From Kofleriaceae bacterium (lineage in GTDB: Bacteria; Myxococcota_A; Polyangia; Haliangiales; Haliangiaceae), in the NCBI GenBank assembly GCA_046597055.1, contig JBKJLC010000095.1:1-38047 (forward strand): DNA of 38,047 nt, read 5' to 3'. Every line of letters starts with the position of its first letter. The stretch's first letter is position 1. This document shows positions 1-8,650 of this stretch, one piece after another. The notes under the pieces are model-generated. The model did not search any database. It was not told the origin of the DNA and saw only the letters and a program-made list of their open reading frames with translations. A program made the position numbers and the translations under genes.

Positions 1-52
1 CTGCGCCTCGCGCTGCGGTCCGCTCTGGGGGCAGAGAGCCTCAGATCACGCG

Positions 53-150
53 TTGTTTGATGGAACCGTGATCAGCGCAGGGGATGAAAAGGGGAAAGCG
101 GGCGACCATCACTTTCACTGACCAGAATCGGCCACTTTCCCATCAAACAA
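53..150. repeat. 11-bp perfect inverted repeat (TTGTTTGATGG / CCATCAAACAA), possibly the end of a second element
   Basis: ttgtttgatgg at 53-63 and ccatcaaacaa at 140-150 enclose a visibly more AT-rich stretch. The ParB-like ORF loses typical codon usage here. Confidence 0.55.
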
Positions 151-836
151 TTCGCTCCTGCTGACCCGTCGTCCTCGCGGGCGGCGGCGTGCAACGCGCG
201 CAACGCCAGCCGCGGCGCCGCGACCAGCTGGGCGCGCCCCTCGCCGTCGCTGCATCGCCAGGCGTCGTAGAGGACGGCGAGGTCGCGGCTCGAGATCCGG
301 GTCGAGCCCAGGCCGGTGAGCAGTTGTTCGCAGTGCCGCCGGTTGGCGCGCGCCAACGGCACCAGGTACTTCATCGCGGCGTGCGGCGAGACCGTGCCCG
401 CGCGCACGGCGGTCTGGATCGCCGTCGCGAGCTCGTCGACCAGCGCGAGGCGGCGCGACACCCAGCTCTTCGAGCGACACAGGCGGCGCGCCAGCTCGTC
501 GAGATCGAGGCCGTGCCAGCGCAGGCGCGACAACAGCCATGCGTCCTCGAGCGCGGAGCGGCCGGCGGCCGCGGCCAGGTGATGATGATGGAGCAGCGCC
601 TCGGCCTCGGTCACCGGCCACGCCGTCGCGGCGGCGGTGTCGCGTCCGAGCCGTCGCAGCGCCTCGACCCGCAGGTAGCCGTCGATCAGCACCAGGCGGT
701 CGTCGTCGTGCACGACGATCACAGGCACCTGCTGGCCGATCTCGGCCACCGACGCGATCAGTCGGCGCCGCCGATCTGCATCGGTGATCCGCAGCTCCTC
801 GTGCCGCAGCTCGAGTTGGTGCAGGTCGATCTCCAC
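72..836 (-). CDS. ParB/Srx-like N-terminal domain protein with HTH; C-terminus probably truncated
   Basis: SVAEIGQQVPVIV and LIDGYLRVEALRRLG match ParB-N boxes, and LDELARRLCRSKSWVSRRL is HTH-like. The last ~25 aa are read from the AT-rich inverted-repeat segment. Confidence 0.8.
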   Translation of the reverse strand: MEIDLHQLELRHEELRITDADRRRRLIASVAEIGQQVPVIVVHDDDRLVLIDGYLRVEALRRLGRDTAAATAWPVTEAEALLHHHHLAAAAGRSALEDAWLLSRLRWHGLDLDELARRLCRSKSWVSRRLALVDELATAIQTAVRAGTVSPHAAMKYLVPLARANRRHCEQLLTGLGSTRISSRDLAVLYDAWRCSDGEGRAQLVAAPRLALRALHAAAREDDGSAGANCLMGKWPILVSESDGRPLSPFHPLR

Positions 837-840
837 GCCC

Positions 841-1281
841 TCACGCTGCCAGGGCGGGCCCGCCGCCCCTATCGCGTCTTGCGCGACCCCCGGGGTGAAG
901 TCCGCCGGATTCCCCTGTAGTTCCCGATGGTTTGCCTCGCATCGCGTCTTGCGCGTGCCGGGCGAGGACTCCCGCTACTCCCGCAATGATCACCACGGCT
1001 TCGCCCTTCATCGCGTCTTGCGCGACATCCCAGGGCACTCCCGCCAACACCGCTGGCCGCGTCGGCGGCGCCGGCGGCGTCCCCGCCTTCGCCGTCGCCA
1101 CCTTCGAGGCCCACCGCCGACCGCGATCGTAGTCAGGGTTCCGCTGGTGCCAGGCGCGATCACTGCGTCGATGCCGAGCCCGCCGACACGGCGCCGAGCC
1201 ACACGTTCGCTGCCGAGTGCCGAGCCGCGGGCTGGGCTCGAACCACCGACCGCACTCCGCACACGGCCGCTTCTTCGTCAC
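841..1281 (-). CDS. Small Cys4 Zn-finger-like basic protein
   Basis: CAEC...CGSAPC motif, Arg-rich helix and repeated AQDAM. It ends 4 bp before the ParB-like start. Confidence 0.65.
   Translation of the reverse strand: MTKKRPCAECGRWFEPSPRLGTRQRTCGSAPCRRARHRRSDRAWHQRNPDYDRGRRWASKVATAKAGTPPAPPTRPAVLAGVPWDVAQDAMKGEAVVIIAGVAGVLARHAQDAMRGKPSGTTGESGGLHPGGRARRDRGGGPALAA
871..1024. repeat. Three identical 15-bp direct repeats, ATCGCGTCTTGCGCG
   Basis: Copies at 871-885, 941-955 and 1010-1024 (periods of 70 and 69 bp). Confidence 0.9.
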
Positions 1282-1349
1282 GTCCGTCGGAGCATCGCCC
1301 CGCGGCGGCGCACGCTCCCCGGCGAGCCCTACGCGTTCAGACCGCCAGG

Positions 1350-1395
1350 CCCCGGACCACTTCTCGAGAGCAGCCCCGGGTCAGTTCTCGAGAGC
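1350..1395. repeat. Two 22-bp subterminal direct repeats (putative transposase-binding sites)
   Basis: ccccggaccacttctcgagagc (1350-1371) and ccccgggtcagttctcgagagc (1374-1395), 19/22 identical, 24-bp period. Confidence 0.8.
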
Positions 1396-1402
1396 GGTGA
1401 AG

Positions 1403-2100
1403 CGTAGTCGGCAACCGCGCGATCCCAGCGCCCGAGATCCACGAGCGCGCCGGCGCGCTGATGCAACGCGCCAACCACGACCATCGGTTTGGCCTGGACG
1501 GCTTCGCACGAGGTGAGAACCTCGTCCAACACCGCGAGCGCCTCCTCGGGTCGATCGGATTGGCGCGGGGCATGGCCGTACTCGGCGCACGGCGATGCGC
1601 GTGGGGTCCTCGGGCTTCAGGATTCGTTCCGCCAGTTTGCTGGCACGCTCGAGCCACCCGAGCGCCTCATCGACACGGTTCAAACTGTGCAGCCTGCTGG
1701 CGACGGTGGTCCACGCACGGATCAGGCTCGCGGACTCTCCAAACTTCAGTTCGATGACACGCGTCACTTCGAGGTGCGCCGTCAGCGCTTCGCCATGTCG
1801 CGCCGCCCGGTTCAGGGTCTCGCCCACGTTGCTGTGGACGGCCGCCAGCGTTGGATGGTTTCTCCCGAGGAGCTGCTCGGCGACAGCGATTGCGTCGCGG
1901 AACGCGGCCAGCGACTGCTCGTAGTTGCCACCGCTGCCGTGGCGCCGTGGGCGCTCCCGATGGCAACGTTCGCGGACAGCAGATTGCGTGCAAGCTCGCT
2001 GTCCGGCCGATCCGCGCCGGCTGCCCGCGAGAGCTGGCGCGCTTCATCGAGAGGTTGGCGTGCCCGGGGTGCCTCACCATGCCCGTGGATCGCGGCCGAA
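1403..2100 (-). pseudogene. Degraded TPR-repeat gene fragment, frameshifted and cut by the insertion
   Basis: TPR-like text runs across frames: ARNLLSANVAIGSAH / GNYEQSLAAFRDAIAVAEQLLGRNHPTLAAVHSNVGETL...LKPEDPTRIA / EYGHAPRQSDRPEEALAVLDE...LGRWDRAVADY. Shifts lie near 1940 and 1587. The 5' limit is approximate. Confidence 0.75.
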
Positions 2101-2131
2101 GGGTGGGCGTTGTCTGTCGCGCCGGCGGCGA

Positions 2132-4861
2132 TCAGCGGCGGCGGATGCCGTGCGCCTTCATCCACCGATCACTCTCAACGATGGCGTCGGCCATACGGTG
2201 CTTCTCGAAACCGGCGCGAGCCTGATATATCATGTCGAGTCCGCGCTTACGATCATGCCCGGTCTCGACGAGCAACTGGCCGTACAACGCGAGAGCTGGC
2301 AGACCGATCGTCGGTTCACATCCGTGCTTCGCGCACAGCTCGGTTGCGCGCTCGAATGCGATGCGCGCGTCTTCGAAGCGACGCTCGGTCTGCGCGCACT
2401 GTCCTCGGAGCATGAGCGGCAGGGACAGCAGCGCGGGCCGTTTAGCCTCGAGCACCGTCACAGCGTGCACGATGAACGGTTCGGCCGCACGACAATCGCC
2501 GCTCTGCACCAGCCTGCCAGCGAGGATGTTCTCGGCCCTCACGTACGACAGGTTGTCTTTGCCCTTCGCCTTCTCGATCAGGTTGAGAGCGCGCTCGAGG
2601 TGCGGGCGCGCAGCCACGATTCCGTTCTGCGCGAAGATGATGTCGCCGAGACCGGCGAGCGACGCGGCGAGCCGCACGGGATCGCCGGCTTTCTCCATCA
2701 CGCGTACGCCGCGCTCAGCCCACACGCGAGCTTCGGTGGCTCGCCCAGTGTTGCCTGCAACGAAGCCCAAGACCTGCAACGGGATCGAGGCCGAGGGGTG
2801 ATCCGGCCCGAACGTTGCCTCGGAGATCGCAAGCGCCCTCAGGGCGCGCGCCTCGGCGGTCGGGAAGTCCCCTGCCACGACCGAAAGCTGAGCGAGGAAC
2901 TCGATCACGTTGGCAGTCTGAGGGTGCTCTCGGCCGAGGACCGCCTCGTAGTCGGTCAAGACCTGCTCGGCAAGCGGCTCCGCTGCGGCGGGTCCCTGCT
3001 GCTGGAAGAGGACCTTTGCGCGGAACTGCTGCGCCTCGGCTCGGCGGAATCGATCGGGCGCGACTTCGAGGGCTTCATCGAATCGCCCGATCGCCACGTC
3101 GAGCTCACCACTTCCCATCGCCCTGCTCCCGACGGTTCTCAGGAAGTGATAGCGGAGGTCGGCGCCTCCGCCCGCACGTGTCACGGCAGCTTCGGCGACC
3201 GGTTCGATCGTCTTCGCTTCGGGGAGGTTGACCTCCACATTGGTGAGGTAGTTGATGAGGTCAATCCAGGCCACCGCCGTGGCGCGGTCGTCGTGGGCTT
3301 CCGCGGCGACCCGCGCGAGCTCGCGCAGCGCGCTGGCGCCGCGTACGTCGTTGTCGAGCTCGGCGCTGGACCGGACCTGGAGAGCGCGCGCGAGCAGCGG
3401 CGGATACTCGATCGCACGAGCCGCCACCAGCGCCTCCTGCGACAGCCGCAGCTGCTCCTTGTGTTTGCCGTTCCACTTGAGCGTACGCACCGTGTCGAGC
3501 TCTCGGTCGACCGCTTCGATGCGTGCCCTCACTTCTGGGGATGCGGGCAGCGGTTGGGCAGCGAGGAGCTCTGCCGTGCGGGCGCAGTCACCTATGTCAG
3601 GCAACGACGAGACCGCCTGCCATGCGCGGATGACGAAGTCCTGAGTAAGCGCACCGGACAGCGCGCCGGTGAACGCTCGCAGCTCGCTGAGCCGGCGATC
3701 GAGACAGACCTGGCGGCGATCCAGGACCTCGGCCGGCTGGCTGTGCCGGACATGCGTCGCCTCGCACGCCTCGACCTGCATCGTACGCCAGCTGGTCGCA
3801 TAGCCCTCCAGCAGGGGCATGACCCCGGCGAGCGTGGCGTCGGCGAGCGTCGGGGCTGCCTGACGGAACGCCGTTTCGATGGAGCGCTTGATGGACGAGT
3901 CCCACACGCCGGCGAGGCGCGGCCCTGGATCGGGACACGACGCCGATGGCGCGCCACGGGAAAACCAGATGACGGTCGCCGCCACCGCTCCGACCGAGAA
4001 CGCACCCAGGCCAACTGCGATCCGTCGCCTCCGTCGGAGGCGTCCCTCGACGTGGTCCAGGAGCGCCGTCATCGACGGCCAACGCTGCTCCCGCTCGGCC
4101 GCAAACCCACGCGCCAGCACGTCGAGCAGCCACGCCGGCGCAGCCCGCTTGCCGGTCCGAACGCCAGACGGTAACTCGCCCTGCAGCGCTTCCCACAGGC
4201 TGACGCAGAAGCTGTACTGATCCGCGCGGGCGTCGACAGTCCCTCCCTCGACCTGTTCTGGCGCCATGTACGCGCGCGTGCCAGCAGGCCTCGCTATACT
4301 CGGCTCGCTGTGCGAGCCGCTGACGCGTGCCGCGATGCCGAAATCGGCAACGAGGACCTCGCCCGCACCACCGAGCAGAACGTTCTGCGGCTTGAAGTCG
4401 CGGTGAACGATCCCCGCTCGATGCGCCGCCTCGAGGCCGCGCCCGGCTGCGATGAACCGGTCGATCACGGCGCGCCACGGTCGGCGGGCCCCTCGGAGCC
4501 AGTCGTATAGCGTGCCACCGGAGACGAATGGCATCACGAGGTAGACGCCGTGCTCGGTCGACCCCACGTCGTACACGGGTACGACCGACGGATGACTCAG
4601 CTTCGCGAGCGCGCGCCCTTCCTCGATGAATGTCTCCTGCGCGTCGGCACCGCCTCCCGCGGCACGGACCACCTTCAGCGCGACGTCACGGTCGAGCTCG
4701 GAGTCGCGCGCGCGGTACACGACGCCCATACCGCCGCTGCCTATCACCTCACCAACCTGGTACCGGCCGATCGCAGCGCCCGGCGCGAGCCTCGTGCTTC
4801 GCCCAGAATCTTGCGTCGAAGGAAGGGTCGGACCGAGGGCGTCATCCGGGTCGTGCGTCAT
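2132..4861 (-). CDS. Hanks-type Ser/Thr protein kinase with TM segment and C-terminal TPR repeats
   Basis: GSGGMGVVY, VALK, HRDFKPQN, DFG, YMAPE and DQYS motifs, then an RRRRR plus hydrophobic segment and HPxTA-type TPRs. ATG at 4861 chosen; GTG at 4879 is possible. Confidence 0.93.
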   Translation of the reverse strand: MTHDPDDALGPTLPSTQDSGRSTRLAPGAAIGRYQVGEVIGSGGMGVVYRARDSELDRDVALKVVRAAGGGADAQETFIEEGRALAKLSHPSVVPVYDVGSTEHGVYLVMPFVSGGTLYDWLRGARRPWRAVIDRFIAAGRGLEAAHRAGIVHRDFKPQNVLLGGAGEVLVADFGIAARVSGSHSEPSIARPAGTRAYMAPEQVEGGTVDARADQYSFCVSLWEALQGELPSGVRTGKRAAPAWLLDVLARGFAAEREQRWPSMTALLDHVEGRLRRRRRIAVGLGAFSVGAVAATVIWFSRGAPSASCPDPGPRLAGVWDSSIKRSIETAFRQAAPTLADATLAGVMPLLEGYATSWRTMQVEACEATHVRHSQPAEVLDRRQVCLDRRLSELRAFTGALSGALTQDFVIRAWQAVSSLPDIGDCARTAELLAAQPLPASPEVRARIEAVDRELDTVRTLKWNGKHKEQLRLSQEALVAARAIEYPPLLARALQVRSSAELDNDVRGASALRELARVAAEAHDDRATAVAWIDLINYLTNVEVNLPEAKTIEPVAEAAVTRAGGGADLRYHFLRTVGSRAMGSGELDVAIGRFDEALEVAPDRFRRAEAQQFRAKVLFQQQGPAAAEPLAEQVLTDYEAVLGREHPQTANVIEFLAQLSVVAGDFPTAEARALRALAISEATFGPDHPSASIPLQVLGFVAGNTGRATEARVWAERGVRVMEKAGDPVRLAASLAGLGDIIFAQNGIVAARPHLERALNLIEKAKGKDNLSYVRAENILAGRLVQSGDCRAAEPFIVHAVTVLEAKRPALLSLPLMLRGQCAQTERRFEDARIAFERATELCAKHGCEPTIGLPALALYGQLLVETGHDRKRGLDMIYQARAGFEKHRMADAIVESDRWMKAHGIRRR

Positions 4862-5035
4862 CGTGCCCGCGAGTATCACTCGGACGCCCGGCGGACAAGC
4901 TGGCGAGCGAGCGGCGACCGACGGCTCGACAGACCAGGATCGCGTCGAGGTGGTGAACGCTCCCGGCGCGGCTGCCGGGAGCGATCGAAGCGGAGGCGGC
5001 GGCCCCAGTGAAATGCCCGTGCGCCCGGCCGCAAA

Positions 5036-5848
5036 TCAGTACGTCAGCAGGGCGTCGAGGTGGACGCGTTCCCAGGTGCGGGCGTCGTCGTAGCGATCGA
5101 AGCGGGCCTCGTCGGCCATGAAGGCCTTGGAGTGGAACTCGCGGCGGCCGTTCTTGACCTTGATGTCGTGGACCTGGTGGAGCATCTCGTGGAAGACGAT
5201 CCACTCGACGAAGAACCGGGGGACGAAGCTGCGGTCGAGCGAGCGGTGGATGCGGATGAGGCGCTCCTCGACCGAGTAGCTGCCCATCTTGATGCTGTGG
5301 CGGCGCTTGGGGCGGCCGGTGCGCTGGCCCCACGTGATCGCGGCGTCGATCTGGCCGCCAAAGAAGCGGGCGTTGAGGTCGTCGAAGATCAGGCGGAGGT
5401 CGTGGTGGTCGCCCGCGGTGAGCATGACCTGGGTCGGGCTCTTGCGGGTGCGGCCGCGCACGACCTCCTGGTTGGCGTCGATGAAGTCGCCGAGGATGCG
5501 CGAGGCGTCCCGATCGTTTTCGGCGACGTAGCGGGCCAGCGCGCGGGTGATCACCGGGTCGGCGTCGGCGAACATGCAGTGCAAGCGCACGTCGTAGCTG
5601 CGCTGGCCGTGGCCGCGGGGCTGGCGCCGGACCGAGATCATCGTGTAGCGGTTGTCGGTGAGGGTCACCGTGATCTGGCCGCGGGCCAGGTGCGCGCGGA
5701 TGCGGCGGGCCAGGCTCTGCTCGGCCTCGGTGAGCTCGCCGGGAATGGTGCCGCTGCGGCGGGCGCGGCGGAGCGCCTCGCTGAGGATCGTCACCTGCGC
5801 CACCGCGTCATCGGTCCCCGGCCCCGCTTGATCAGCGGGATCGGCCAC
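5036..5848 (-). CDS. SprT-like/zincin metallopeptidase (HExxH)
   Basis: FDDLNARFF...ITWG...MGSY...IRIHRSLD...WIVFHEMLH. The start is uncertain: GTG at 5848 has GAGG upstream, but the frame is open to 5971. Confidence 0.78.
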   Translation of the reverse strand: MADPADQAGPGTDDAVAQVTILSEALRRARRSGTIPGELTEAEQSLARRIRAHLARGQITVTLTDNRYTMISVRRQPRGHGQRSYDVRLHCMFADADPVITRALARYVAENDRDASRILGDFIDANQEVVRGRTRKSPTQVMLTAGDHHDLRLIFDDLNARFFGGQIDAAITWGQRTGRPKRRHSIKMGSYSVEERLIRIHRSLDRSFVPRFFVEWIVFHEMLHQVHDIKVKNGRREFHSKAFMADEARFDRYDDARTWERVHLDALLTY

Positions 5849-6128
5849 GGAGTCCTCGGAGCAGGGCCTGGCGGATCGCATCGGGACGATGAAAGGTGAG
5901 ACTTCCGTGCCGTAGACCGGCGCAATGATAGGCCCGGTGTCGGCAGAGTCGCAGATCTCGGTAAGTCGCACTCTCTCTCCTTATATAAGCAGATCCGGGG
6001 TGCACGACGAGCGTGCCGATCACGGGCGCAGGGGCGCTTTCTGCGAGGGGCAGTCCGTGACGCGTCGGGTCAACCACCCGGCCTACCAGCGAAGAAAATG
6101 CTATCAGGCGTCTTTCGGATGGATCAAG

Positions 6129-6137
6129 TTATCCACA
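6129..6137 (+). promoter_or_regulatory. Perfect DnaA box TTATCCACA in a divergent intergenic region
   Basis: Exact 9-mer consensus match; function untested. Confidence 0.5.
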
Positions 6138-6304
6138 GGAAAAGGGATCTGATCACGATCCCAAGCCTCGGAAACGACTCTGAAAACGGCTGCGGCCGCG
6201 ATCCTCACGGGATCTTCCGAGGCACGCTCGATGGGTGCGGATCAAGTTTTCTCCGTGACCTGACGATCCCTGTGTTTTACGCGGCGCGATATGTTCCGCC
6301 GACG

Positions 6305-8101
<1,797 letters not shown>

Positions 8102-8134
8102 CGCCAGACAGCGCGGATCGGTCTGCCGACTCGC

Positions 8135-8165
8135 AGGTCCGCGGACCGCGCGGTCACGCGGACCT
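8135..8165. terminator. Near-perfect 31-bp palindrome between convergent genes; possible terminator hairpin
   Basis: aggtccgcg-gaccgcgcggtc-a-cgcggacct, about 34 bp after the aspS stop; no U-tract. Confidence 0.45.
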
Positions 8166-8338
8166 AGCTAGAGCGAAGCCGCGAACGCGACAGTCTCCCC
8201 TGCTGATCGCCCTCATCGGGCGCAGCTAGCAAGATCCTACACGCGAGTGCTCGTCCGACTACAACTATCGGCGATCACCCGAAGCGGCCACCGTTCATCA
8301 TCCCAACATCTTCGGCAGTTGAGCCCGGGCGAGCTGAG

Positions 8339-8650
8339 TTAGACGTCAATATCGTTATCGACCACAACCTGCACGCCCGGAAATGCAACAGGCAGCTCGC
8401 CGGCGAGCAGGTCGCGTGTCGCCTCCGTCCCCAGCACTTCGAACTCAGGCTCCGTTACTTCGCGTCCGCCAAGTTCCAGGCTCCAGCAGGCCCACCGGAC
8501 AAGTACTTGATCGCCAGCGCTACTCGCCTCCCACCGAGGCTCGTCCGCCACGCTCACTCTCAGCGTTCCGCTGAAGGGTGTGTGGGCGTCGAGCGCCCGT
8601 TTGATCCGCTGTAGGAATTTTGACTTCGCAAAGCGCGCTTCAAGAGTCAT
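8339..8650 (-). CDS. Putative immunity protein (103 aa) for the Rhs HNH toxin
   Basis: Its ATG overlaps the Rhs stop codon (ATGA at 8647-8650). It is small with an acidic C-terminal half, and I recognise no family. Confidence 0.7.
   Translation of the reverse strand: MTLEARFAKSKFLQRIKRALDAHTPFSGTLRVSVADEPRWEASSAGDQVLVRWACWSLELGGREVTEPEFEVLGTEATRDLLAGELPVAFPGVQVVVDNDIDV

Larger units (their letters stand above)
150..1402 (-). mobile_element. Left end of a candidate IS21-like element with Zn-finger and ParB-like passenger genes; transposase not in the window
   Basis: A TPR reading frame (...DRAVADYA) breaks off at about 1402. Directly after it the minus strand reads CTTCACCGCTCTCGAGAACTGACCCGGGG followed by a second copy of the repeat, resembling the multi-repeat ends of IS21-family elements. 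The terminus lacks the canonical TG and the family call is by resemblance only. Confidence 0.6.

Noticed and set aside
871..1024. Mini CRISPR array
   Set aside because: Repeats are only 15 bp with 54-55 bp spacers, lie inside an ORF, and no cas genes are present.
5975..6304. Replication origin (oriC)
   Set aside because: Only one clear DnaA box, no extended AT-rich unwinding element and no dnaA/dnaN nearby.
8166..8338. Orphan Rhs C-terminal/immunity cassettes or an att site
   Set aside because: No Rhs-core fragment, integrase or matching direct repeat was seen.
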